This document shows, one piece after another, positions 40,617-52,349 of a stretch of DNA of 64,000 bases. Under the pieces are notes generated by a model. The model worked only from the letters and a program-made list of their open reading frames with translations, was not told the DNA's origin and made no database searches. Numbering within the stretch: the first letter of the stretch is position 1; each line of letters starts with the position of its first letter. This stretch comes from Octopus sinensis. Lineage: Eukaryota. The position numbers and the translations under genes are program-made. The stretch lies in contig NC_042999.1 in assembly GCF_006345805.1 (NCBI RefSeq), positions 164,424,001 through 164,488,000 of the forward strand. Direction: 5' to 3'.

Positions 40617-41629
40617 GAAAAAATGATTATTAGTTTTCTTAACTCATTTCAAAAACTGAGCAGGGGAAAGAGGTACAAAAAAACTTATAAAAAAAAAGGT
40701 GGGTGGCGAGAAACATTGATCAAGTGAAAATTAATTGGGTAATTGGTGCGACAGGTTCTCTTGATCCAGAGATCTCAACTCAGAGAGGTTGACTCTAACG
40801 TTAGCCTAACCATTAGTTAGTGTTGCCTTCCACAGATATTTACCATATTAGGTTAGCATAAGTTAATGTTAGTAGTACTGCAACTGCCACAGACAGAGGC
40901 AGGCATTTCACGACACAGTAGTAGACTAAATTGTTGCTGTTAGTAACAGTTGTAGTGGTAGTGGCAGAAATGACGACAATGGTGTCTGTGATCATACTGG
41001 AAGTAGTATAGCAATGATATAGAGTTAGTAGTGCTAGTAGTAATAGTAGTGGTGGTGGGTGGTGGTTGTAGGAACACCAGTATAAAACACCATGCAGTTA
41101 ATAACAAAAGAAATGTAGTATAAGTACTGTGTATATCAAATGAAGAGAAAGAGAGGAAAAGGGGGAGAGAGAGAGAGAGAGGGAGGGAGGGGTAAAGGAA
41201 GCTGCTTAATTATAATGGCATGCACATAATTAAAAAAAAAGTAGCTCTATTATAAATTCTGGGAGTGAATTAGAAAACTAATGTGATACAGTTTCCAATG
41301 GATATATACACATGCATATGCAAACACACACACACACGACATAGTGTTGTTGTTGTACATATATTTAATTATTTTCTAATATTATACATCTTTTATAGAC
41401 TTTGTAGCATCCTGATAATAAATTGCACTGACTCGTGCCTCCCCTCTAACCCCAACATACAAACTAAGCCAACTTGTATTCAACTGATTATGTTTGTTTT
41501 AATAATATAATAGAGTTAGCAATATATCATTCAGTGCTCCATTTGTACAGTTGCCGATGTCACTGTAGCATGACTGTCAATATCATGTGTGTGTGTGCGT
41601 GTCAATATATAATATATATAAGACACCCA

Positions 41630-42000
41630 TGCTTGTGACACATAAAAAGCATCTGCGCCAGTGACCCGTAAAATGCACCCAGTACACTCTGTGGAGTGGC
41701 AGGAATTTGGAAGAGCAGCCATCCATAGAAACCAAGCCAAAGCAGACTGGAACCTGGAGCAGCTTTCCAGCAGTCCTAGTCACATCGCCTTACCCATGCC
41801 AGCATGGAGAACAGATGTTAAATGATGATGATGATGATGATGATATATATATATATAAAATCATCGTCATCATTTAACGTCTGCTTTCCATGCTAGCATG
41901 GGTTGGATGGTTTGACAGGAACTGGCTAGGCAGAAGACTGCACTAGGCTTCAGTGTTTGTTTTTGTATGGCTTTCATGGCTAGATGCCCTTCTTAACGCC
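41630..42000. mobile_element. Tail-to-tail pair of RTE 3'-end fragments
   Basis: Plus copy ends CCCATGCCAGCATGGA..TTAAATGATGATG at about 41843. Minus copy begins CATCATTTAACGTC..CCATGCTAGCATGGGTTGGA at about 41865. Confidence 0.75.
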
Positions 42001-42039
42001 ACACACACACGTTAAAATATATAGGGAGCAATTTTTCTT

Positions 42040-42745
42040 TCAAATGTTATAATGAAGACACTACCATTCAAGTTTCATAACTTTTATCTATTTTATTAAT
42101 GATTTTTGATGCTTCCTTCTGAGATGAGCTTTTAAATTTTTAACTCTAATGAATCCATTTTAACCTAGAAAAATCAACAAGAATTAAGCAATCACTAGTA
42201 ATACGAAATACTCAAATGTAGCAGGAGATTAAAAATAGAAAAATAGACCCACCTCTTCCCATCACAGATACAACACTAAAAAACACAGTGCATATAAAAT
42301 GAACCAAAAGTACCCCAGTTATTATGGAGGAATAATAATATCATTTCAGACTCATAAGCATGAATTAAACTTAACCCAAAGATAATAGAATACTTTTTAA
42401 AACACTATAAAAAATAAAAACAAAATATCTTTCTCATCTACATGAAACCACAAACTTGCAAATCATAGCACATACCTCAGACAACAAATTTTAATATAAA
42501 TATCTAAGTTGTAACAATTGAAACTCAAACTGTTACATGGTACACCCAACTACAACACTTTCACCTTGGTTGACCATGCATTTACAATAAAAGCCATTAC
42601 AATACAGTACATAAAACAAAATTATACATAAAAACATTAGTTGATAACACCACCATACTAGATAATTCTACAGTTATGTAGTAAAAGTAGATTAGCTCTG
42701 AAAGCTTTATGAATAGCAAAATGCAAACCATGACTGATGATGTAC
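42040..42745 (+). pseudogene. Highly degraded Penelope-like ORF (RT C-terminus and GIY-YIG remnant)
   Basis: Fragments RIKQSLV, CY..HPTTTLS.WLTMHLQ (compare PLE YIG.TTTTLSRRLTMHL) and KAL*IAKCKP*L (compare EALWI...KP.LN). Many stops. Confidence 0.5.
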
Positions 42746-42776
42746 AAATCTAATTAGTCAAAATTCAAATACATAC

Positions 42777-43046
42777 GAATTGTTGTATACTGTCAATCTA
42801 ACACGAACGTGACAGTACACCACCGCTGTTTAGCCCTAGGAAGCATCAACGCCTCCTGATGGCTTTGACACATTTTTCCTGTGGCCTTATTTACATTCCT
42901 AGGGCTAAACAGCGGTAAATGTATATAAGGACACAGGAAAAATGTGTCAAAGCCATCAGGAGGCGTCGATGCTTCCTAGGGCTAAACAGTGGTGGTGTAA
43001 CCCCCTACTGTCACGTTCACGTTAGATTGACAGTATACAACCATTC
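42777..43046. repeat. Near-perfect palindrome (~120-bp arms)
   Basis: 42777-42897 pairs with 42918-43046. The loop is itself a copy of arm sequence. Confidence 0.95.
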
Positions 43047-43943
43047 TATCGCCCCACCACCGTACATGTCTCTACGAGAGATTTAGAAATTTAGTATTTC
43101 CAAATACATACGGTAATACCAATACCATTTAAAGTGACTCTGCCTACTATAAAGCAGCACACCATCCTCACCTCATCCTGAAGATGAGATTACAAAGGTC
43201 AAGAAATGATGACGATGGATTTAAAATTCAGTAGCAATGGAATAAAGTATGAAAGTAATCTAGAGTTAACAGCTGAACAAATGTCTATCAATTATATCAT
43301 CATTCCCACTCTTGTTGCTTGAAACAAAAATGTAGGAATATCACCTCACCACTTCATCCAGATGGCAACACAGAGGTGGTTTCGAAAAGCTAATAGACTT
43401 AGAAACATTATAGTTACGTAATGGACTAATAAGGAAATATGAAAAAAAAAAAAAGAACCCATTAAAAAAGCATCAGATTTGAAAATATTCATATATTCAA
43501 TATGTATATACGTAGATATTATATTTGTGTGTGTGTTGGTTTATGGTTTTGCATGCTGCAATTAATAAAGCTTTCACAGCTAATCTAGTTTTGTTTTTTT
43601 AACAAAGTATTATCAACTACTTTTCTATCTGGTTTCATCTTGTATTTTACATTGTAACGTGATATAATGACTCCTAGTGAATACATGATTTTGGTACCAT
43701 GATAAAAAATGCACTCACAACACTCTGTTATGTAGTTGGCAGAGTAGACAGTATTGGGCAGAAAGGACTATTTAGTTTGCTGGGGATATGACAACCTGGT
43801 ACCATAAAATACATCTAGTATGCTCCGTAAAGAGATTGGCATTAAACATGGCATCCAGCCATAGAAATCTAGCCAAAACTAGAAAATGGAGTAAGAATAA
43901 TAGAAGGACTACTCATAGAAAAGTTTGTCTCTAAAATAAACAG

Positions 43944-44250
43944 GCTGGTGGCACGTAAAAAGCACCATACGATCGTGGCCGTTGCCAGCCTCACCTGGCA
44001 CCCCCCGTGCCGGTGGCACATAAAAAGCACCATCCGACGTGGGCATTTGCCAGCCCCGTCTGGCACCTGTGCGGTGGCACGTAAAAGCACCCACTACACT
44101 CATGGAGTGGTTGGTGTGAGGAAGAGCATCCAGCCGTAGAAATATTGCCAGATCAGACTGGGCCTGGTTCAGCCTTCTGGCTTCCCAGACCCCAGTTGAA
44201 CCGTCCAACCCATGCTAGCATGGAAAGCGGACACTAAATGATGATGATGA
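43944..44250 (+). mobile_element. RTE 3'-end fragment (2 repeat units, terminal domain and (GAT)n tail)
   Basis: Matches 56320-56615. Confidence 0.9.
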
Positions 44251-44265
44251 TATATATATACGTAT

Positions 44266-44321
<56 letters not shown>

Positions 44322-44611
44322 ATTGTATATATATATACTATATAGTATATATATATTATGTATATATATATATGTATATTATAATGTATAACATATATAT
44401 GTATATATATATGTATATATATATATATATATATATAGGTATTTATATATGTATATATATATATGTATATATATATGTATATATATATGTTATATATATG
44501 TATATATATATATATATATGTATATATCTATATATATATATATCTATATGTATATTATATATGTATATATATATATGTATATATATATGTATATATATAT
44601 GTATATATATG

Positions 44612-44662
<51 letters not shown>

Positions 44663-44675
44663 TATATATATATAT
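44251..44675. repeat. (TA)n-rich microsatellite
   Basis: Direct inspection. Confidence 0.95.
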
Positions 44676-45036
44676 CTGCTGTAATATTTACAGCTTTAAT
44701 AAAATGTTATAGTATGAAACAATTGTACTAAATTACCGGCTCCATTCTTGTTGCTTATTTTTGATTATAATCACCCAGCATATTTTTATGGGTAATACCA
44801 TAAAAAATTCTGGTGCATCTAAATTAAGTACCATATTCATTTGAATCTATATTGTTTGCTGAACTTATATATATAGATATATATATATACATATATATAT
44901 ATATTAATAAAAGGAATTCCAACCGTGTCTGATTTTCACGTTTTATTTACAATCTTATAATGATATATTATAAGATAATATATTATAATAGAATAAAATA
45001 AAATAAAATAGTAGAATGTTAAATGTTCATTCTGAT

Positions 45037-45081
45037 TGAACTAGTACTTTCATGCATTAAATTCTGCAATCTTCGGGTTCA
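45037..45081 (-). ncRNA. Penelope-associated minimal hammerhead ribozyme
   Basis: UGAAC CCGAAGA U UGCA-GAAUUUAA-UGCA U GAA AGUACU A GUUCA: 5-bp stem I, palindromic stem III AGUACU and CUA triplet. Sense to the PLE and in its 3' UTR. Confidence 0.75.
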
Positions 45082-45568
45082 TGTAGTAGTGGTGACAGTC
45101 ATGCTTCACAATTTTTGACTGTAGCGAGATGATTGATTCTGTGCTATAAATACAGCTGGGTAGGCTCCAGAGTGCTAGGTTTTGCAAACTGTATTCTGAC
45201 CAATCAGTGTGTAGTATCACTCAATTACTTAAGCTGATTGGTTGGTTGAGCTGATTGGTTTAGGCGTCATGCTTTGTTGGACATGTCAAGAGTCCTGTAT
45301 CTTGACCCTGGCCGAAGCAGCAATTATTGGGTTATTTTTAGAAATGTTGTAAATAGCCTTTGTCAGAGATTTTTATATTTTTATATTTCAATTGTCATCA
45401 TCATCATCATTGTCAGCACCTTAATTATTGTTGCTAGTGGTGATGGTGGTGACAATAGAGCTTTTAAGCCTAAATAAGATAATTTTCCTGCTATCTTCAT
45501 CTTGATCACCTTTAGTATTGTTGTTGTCATGGTCGTAGCAGTAGAAGTAGTACCTCTAAGTATTATTA

Positions 45569-46279
45569 TTATTGCTTATTTAGCTTGGATTCGAATTTAT
45601 CAATAAAATTCTTTTCTCTGATTTTCCTCTCGATTTCACTTGGGCTGTGTAATTTGTAGAACGGAAATATTATATACATTTTCCGGCCACACGTTGCTAG
45701 GTGGTTACTCAAAGGTATCTGACGGACCTCTGGGTCTCTAATCTGTTGCCGGTGTACATGTGAGCGTTCTGATAGTGCGTTTCCCGTCTGACCTACATAT
45801 ATTTCTTCACAATTTGGGCATTTGATGCAGTAAATTAAATTTCTGCTTTTGCAGTTCATATTCGCGTTTGTGAATATTTTCCCGGTTTTTGTGTTTATAT
45901 ATTGGCCGGTATGTATGAATTGGCATGAGCCACATCGGCTATCATTGCATTTAGATACAGTGAATGTTTGGTCTTTGTTGCTAAGGTCAAATTTTGCCTT
46001 TGTTAGTAATGTTTTCAAGTTTTTAGGCTGTCTTTTACTAAGCACCATAGCTCGATCCGTGATTATGTCTTTTAATTCATTACTTTGGGCAATGATTGGT
46101 AGGTTTGCTTTGGCAATGTTGAAGATATTCTGGTGACATGGGTTGTGTGTCACTATGAATGGTATGACTTGTTCTTGTTTTCCTCTTCCTTGGGTTGTCC
46201 TAAGTTGTTGTATGGGTATTTTTATAGCCCGCTGTATGCCATTTTCTATAAGTAGAGATGGGTATTTTTGTTTGAGCAA
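45569..46279 (-). pseudogene. Penelope ORF C-terminal part: GIY-YIG endonuclease
   Basis: LIY..YVGQT motifs and terminal RE..FI..F...LN. The N-terminal RT is truncated and frameshifted. Confidence 0.85.
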
Positions 46280-46648
46280 AAATTCTCTTAGTTCTGTTAG
46301 GCGTTTGTTACTGATATTTGCATCTTCTACAATGGTACAAATTCTTCTGGCTAGGCAGTATGGGATGTTACGTTTTGTATGTGGTGGATGGCACGACTTA
46401 AAATTTAGGTATCGATGTGTGTTTATAGTATATATCTGTGGTGATGGTGGTGTCTTTTTTAATTACCATTATATCTAGGAATGGTAATTTGGTACTACTC
46501 ATCTCCTTTGTAAATTGGAGAGATGGGTGTAGGTTGTTCAGGAGGATATTGAACTCTTCCAGAGTATTTAGAGACTCTGTCCAGATTATGAAGCAGTCGT
46601 CTAGGTATCTCTTCCATGCCTTTTCAATATACTTTCTAAATATATATA

Positions 46649-46691
<43 letters not shown>

Positions 46692-46713
46692 ATACACACA
46701 CACACATACATAT

Positions 46714-46752
<39 letters not shown>

Positions 46753-46862
46753 CATATATATATACATACATATATATACACACACATACATATATTTATT
46801 TATATATATATATATATAATATATATATATATTATATATATACATATATATATACATACATA

Positions 46863-47242
46863 CACTACCGTCAGAAATTAATTAGCACCCTTGATTTGCT
46901 CTTCACTCAAGGTATGTGCTGTCACCTAGTGGCCATATCTCGAACTATTGCTTTGTTGCGAGTTCACTGTTGCGCAGAACGATGACGTAACTTTGTTTGC
47001 AGAGCAGTTTGAGAGTCTACAGCCTTATGATGTTGACATAGCAGTGCAACAACAACTTGGAGTGCGGATGCAGACAAATCTTCCTTTGTTTAATAGATAT
47101 AGGTAGCGCCTCGCAAGGACCGAAATCACACCATACTAAGTTTTCTCATCGCGTAAGACGTTTTGAACAGCTCATAGGTTAATTGATTTAACCTATTTAA
47201 TGTAGAAATTTGAGAAGTGCTAATTAATTTCTGACGCAAGTG
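46863..47242. mobile_element. Tc1/mariner-type MITE
   Basis: TIRs CACTACCGTCAGAAATTAATTAGCAC / GTGCTAATTAATTTCTGACGCAAGTG, flanked by TA on both sides. Confidence 0.85.
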
Positions 47243-47333
47243 TATATATACACACACATACATATATTTATTTATATATATATATATATTATATACATAT
47301 ATATATATACATAATATATTATATACATATAGC

Positions 47334-48092
47334 CGAACGGCCACGATCGGATGGTGTTTGTTACGTGCCCACAGCACGGAGGCCAGTCGGTGCGGTACTG
47401 GAAAACCATCCGAACGTGGCCGTAGCCAGTACCGCACCGACTGGCCTCCGTGCTGTGGGCACGTAACAAACACCATCCGATCGTGGCCGTTCGCCAGCCT
47501 CATCTGGCACCTGTGTCGGTGGCACAAAAAAACACCATCTGAAGACCCGGCAAGACTAGTCAGGCCATAACCTGTGGCCCCTACCTGGGACGTAGTCAGT
47601 CCACCTGTGCATACCTTCCTTCTTGTGACACTTGTGAAGACCTGTTGAGGCAAGTGAAAATCAAAACAAATCAAAATAGATGAACATCAATGGAATTTGT
47701 ATCTTTGTGGTACCAGTGCCGGTGGCACGTGGCACACAAGAAAACCATCCGAACGTGGCTGTAGCCAGTACCGCATCGACTGGCCTCCGTGCTGTGGGCA
47801 CGTAACAAACACCATCCGATCGTGGCCGTTTGCCAGCCTCATCTGGCACCTGTGTCGGTGGCACATAAAAACACCATCCGAGCGTGGCCGTTTGCCAGTC
47901 TCGTCTGGCACCTGTGTCGGTGGCACATAAAATCACCCACTACACTCTCGGAGTGGTTGGCGTTAGGAAGGGCATCCAGCTGTAGAAACACTGCCAGATC
48001 TGACTGGACTGGTGCAGCTTTCGGGCTCCCCAGACCCCAGTTGAACCGTCCAACCCATGCTAGCATGGAAAGCGGACGTTAAATGATGATGA
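47334..48092 (+). mobile_element. Rearranged RTE 3'-end insertion with 5' fold-back
   Basis: 68-bp perfect inverted arms, repeat units, restart at the ORF-end sequence GAAGACCCGGCAAGAC (about 47541), more units, terminal domain and (GAT)n. Confidence 0.9.
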
Positions 48093-48110
48093 TATATAGA
48101 TACATACATA

Positions 48111-48160
<50 letters not shown>

Positions 48161-48188
48161 ATATATTATATATATATATATATATATA

Positions 48189-48263
<75 letters not shown>

Positions 48264-48349
48264 CATACATATATTTATATATATATATATATATATATAG
48301 ATACATACATATATTATATATATATATTATATATATATATACATACATA

Positions 48350-48388
<39 letters not shown>

Positions 48389-48409
48389 ATATCACATATA
48401 TATTATATA

Positions 48410-48447
<38 letters not shown>

Positions 48448-48457
48448 CACATACATA

Positions 48458-48491
<34 letters not shown>
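48093..48491. repeat. (TA)n microsatellite
   Basis: Direct inspection. Confidence 0.95.
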
Positions 48492-48493
<2 letters not shown>

Positions 48494-49134
48494 CTGAAAT
48501 TATATATTCAAATTATTTATTAAGTAAAAGATACAGATAAAGAAGCAAGCTGGACAAGGAAGGAAGAGCCAATGGTTGTACAGTACTATGTTAAAGTATG
48601 GTCAAATATGCTTGACTATATTAAATGAATGCTTTATGCAGAATACTAAGCTAACTTACAACAATCCAAAAGCAAGCATTTAGTATTACTGCATTAATGG
48701 AGATACTGCTGCAGCTGCACTCAACAAAATGCACTGAGATCACAAACTATCATAATAACCTCTCTGATGTTGGATAAACAGTGAATTGGTTGGTATTGGG
48801 AAGAGTGCCCAGTTGTAAAAAAAAATCTACATTAAAATGTAATGTATGAAGCGGTGGCCCTCCAGCCTAAGAGCAATAATGTTAAATGAGATTTGACGTA
48901 TTTGATTGTGACCATAAAGAACCTGACCAACTCATGCCAAAATGGGAAGTAGATGTAAAACAAAGATGACCAATGATAATGATGACATACATACAGTTTT
49001 GCATAGTATACATAATAGATTATCAACTTGAAACTCAGTGCAGAGACAGAGAACAGAGCCAAGCTTGCTTACACACCTATTGTATTGATTTAATGAATAT
49101 AATAATACAAAAGAGTAAAGACACCCTTTAGGCA

Positions 49135-49445
49135 AGAGTGACAATGGAATTGCACAAAGAAAGTTACCATGTGAGGCACAAGTCTGGGCAAGGCTGTTTA
49201 TAGAAGACCAGCAGTCGCCCATGCATACCAGCCTCCTCTCTCCACACTATCAATGTTATCCAAGGGAAGGCAAAGGCCAATACAGCTTGGCACCAGTGAC
49301 ATCGCAACTCATTTCTACAGCTGAGTGAACTGGAGCAATGTGAAATAAAGTGTCTTGCTCAAGAACACAACACACAGCCCCGTCTGGGAATCAAACTCAC
49401 AACCTCATGATTGTGAGCCCAACATTCTGACCACTGAGCCTTCAC
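49135..49445 (-). mobile_element. tRNA-derived SINE with family-C head and core and a different 3' tail
   Basis: Head GGCTCAGTGGTCAGAA and core TTGAGCAAGACACTTTATTTCACATTGCTCCAGTTCACTCAGCT. Tail GCCTTTGCCTTCCCTTGGATAAC is unlike that of the 7655 and 59450 copies. Confidence 0.7.
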
Positions 49446-51271
49446 TATAATAGTGTAATACAGTAACAAAAGAAAGGATTACTGAAGCTCTACCAGATTC
49501 TGCAATTAGTAATTGTTTCTGCAGTTATAAATGACTTTGTGATAGTCCTACCAGTGGATATTAGCAGAACTTTTGATAAATCAAAGCCTATTTCAAATGA
49601 TTTATTATTTTGGATTAATTATACACACATGTTCAAATGACCCTAGTACTTGATTTCCAACTTTACTTACATTTATAAGATGATGAGCTTCTGATAATGT
49701 CTCTTTCAAAGACCTTGAGGTACAGACGGACATGACACATGGGAACAGAAATAACTAAATTGATGGGCAATCAAGGTTGGGTTATCAAATCAACTAAATA
49801 CTGCTCTGATTAACTTGGCTTCTCTACTGAGCCATTGGGTCAAGTTTTCTCTTTGCACTTCATTATTCAATAAGCCTACCACTACCACCATGAACATCAC
49901 CCATACACGAAGTTTGAGTCAATGATAGGTGCTCTGTGCAGATATTCTATTAACAAAGAAAAGCAGCCAAATACCAGTCAACTTCAAATCAACTTATTTT
50001 CATCGACTGCTCATAACCCCACCATGACTGCCATCACCCACTGTCATATATATAAAAACCAACAAGGGAGCCTCTATACAATAGAAATAGCAGCCAAATT
50101 TCCCAGATATCATGCCTTATCTTAAATTAAAAAGACAACAATACATAAGATAATATAGTCCTGAAACTTTTAAAACTCAAAGTTAGAATGACTTTGATGA
50201 TAGGGTAACCCAATCAGGACCAACAACAACAAAACTGATAAGCAGCAAGTGTCCTCTGTCTCATAGATAAGTATAACCACTACAGAATAGAGGAGCTGCT
50301 CAGAAAAGGGGAAAATATTGAGAAAGGAATGGCAACATGTGTACAGTACATGGCAATGTCTTACTTAGGTCTGTGACATGGAATAAAGCTGAGAGAAAAA
50401 CTTCAGTTGGAGACAGAGAAAATACGCCCACAATATATAATGGAAGCTGTCAAAAAATCCACACAAGCACATATACACATATGTACGCATGCTCGCATGC
50501 ACACACACACACAAAGTAAGCTATTGGATATTATGTTTTGTACTTTTTATCTGAACCCATTCCACATCTCCAAGATTTCATAAACAAAATCCATTTATTT
50601 TACATCCATCTATATGTGTGGATGTTTGTGTATGTGTGAGCACAGACACACACACACACATATAAGTGTAACGTGGTAAATACTTTATATTTCATAATTT
50701 TATATATGAACAGAAGATTTAAGAATTGTTGAAATCTTATAACAGCCACATAATATATTTGTGTGCAAGATCTGTTTGTGGGTATTGCTGGGAAAAATGT
50801 GTGTGCACAAAAATTGAAAGGATGTGATATATGGTTCGGTGTGTCATGATATGTGCATATGTGCAATGCTAAAATTATATGTACATACATGTGTGAGTGT
50901 ATGTACACACACACACACACATATATATAAAGTCATGTATACATATGCATACATATGTACACATATAAATATTTAGTGGTTGTTTCCCATGCTAGCATGG
51001 GTAAGACGGTTTGACTAGGAGCTGGTAAGCCAGAGAGCTCATTGGGCTCCAGTCTGTTTTGGCTTAGCTTCTATGGCTGGATGCCCTTTCCAACATCAAC
51101 CACTCCGCATCATGTACTGGATGCTCTTATGTGTCACTGGCACACACACACAGATATATATGTATAATCAGGCAAGCTACAAGGAATCTTGTGTAGCTTT
51201 GCATCGGCAAGACTTGAAAAAATATAGAAAAAGGTGAAAGTGGTCGAGGGAACTTGCCATGAGGAGTGAAA

Positions 51272-51309
51272 TACCCAATGTTTCAGACGCAATCTTTCAT
51301 CAGTGGGTA
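51272..51309 (-). ncRNA. Minimal hammerhead motif
   Basis: UACCCA CUGAUGA A AGAU-UGC-GUCU GAAAC AUU GGGUA. Confidence 0.65.
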
Positions 51310-51426
51310 AAGAAAAAGAGTAGTTGAAGAAGAACAAGCAGAGTTTATATCCTCTCAGTTGCAGCCAGTTTTTCAAGCTGAGAGGATGTAAACTCTGCTT
51401 GTCCTTCTTCAATTTCTCTTTTTCTT

Positions 51427-51464
51427 TACCCACTGATGAACGATTGCGTCTGAAATATTGGGTA
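51427..51464 (+). ncRNA. Minimal hammerhead motif (more decayed mirror copy)
   Basis: UACCCA CUGAUGA A CGAU-UGC-GUCU GAAAU AUU GGGUA. Confidence 0.55.
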
Positions 51465-52211
51465 TTTCACTCCTCATGGCAAGTTCACTCGACCACTTTC
51501 ACCTTTTTCCACAGATATATATATACATATCATCATCATCATCATTGTTTTAACATCCACTTCTTTATACTTGCAGGAGTTGGAAAGAGATTGTCAAGGC
51601 ATATATTTTACAGCTGGATTCCCTCCCTGATGCCAACCATTTTACGATATGTCCTGAGTGCTTTTTTCATGTTACTAGCACTACTGAGGTTGCTATACAG
51701 CTTGCAAACCTATGAAACCTGAGGGAATGGGCTTTCTCTCTCCTAGTCTGTCTGCATGCATGTATGTCTATATATGTGAGGTTTCTTTCAGTTTTTATTT
51801 ATGAAATCCACTTACAAGGCTTTGGTTGGCCTGAGTCTGTAGTAGAAGGCAAGTACAAAAGGTGCCACACGGTGAAACTGAAGTTGAAACCAAGTGGTTT
51901 GGAAGCAAACTTCATAATAACAGCAATGCCTCTGTCCATATATAAATACATGTGTGTAATATTTTATACACACACACAGTGAGAGAAGGAGGGAGATATA
52001 TTTCAACCAGGTGACCATAGTATTTCATAAAATGAATGAATTGTGTTACAAAGAAAACAAACATATTTAGTGCTTATCTTCTTACAATAGGGGCCAGGTG
52101 TCTCTTGAGAGCTCTTCTATGAGGAGAAAAGAATTATAACATCTGGACATGTGTGTGTGTGCTTGCATATATATATATATATATATGTATGTGTTTGTGT
52201 ATGTATACACA

Positions 52212-52349
52212 TCATCATCATCATCATCATTTAGCGTCCGTTTTCCATGCTAGCATGGGTTGGACGGTTTAACTGGGGTCTGTGAAGCCGGAAGGCTTCA
52301 TCAGGCCCAGTCAGATTTGGCAGGGTTTCTACGTCTGGATGCCCTTCCT
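52212..52349 (-). mobile_element. RTE 3'-terminal fragment; similar stubs at about 16978, 50985, 53820 and 63215 (-) and 48770 (+)
   Basis: (CAT)n followed by TTAGCGTCCGTTTTCCATGCTAGCATGGGTTGGACGG, the reverse complement of 56475-56615. Confidence 0.85.

Larger units (their letters stand above)
44905..46640 (-). mobile_element. Penelope-like element, 5'-truncated (RT and GIY-YIG endonuclease)
   Basis: Minus translation [12 protein letters not shown] (YLDD 46607-46596), [20 protein letters not shown], frameshift near 46415, SCHPPHTKRNIPY. ORF 46279-45569 then has a Cys-rich linker and NLIYCIKCPNCEEIYVGQTG..R..HRQQI. Flanked by (TA)n on both sides. Confidence 0.92.
51227..51509. mobile_element. 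Palindromic element (~135-bp arms) with a minimal hammerhead in each arm
   Basis: 51227-51361 pairs with 51374-51509. Hammerhead motifs at 51272-51309(-) and 51427-51464(+). Confidence 0.85.

Noticed and set aside
49665-49745. Minus-strand GTAAGT donor preceded by a short open frame, a candidate upstream PKC exon
   Set aside because: No frame resembles PKC kinase-domain sequence and there is no clear acceptor.
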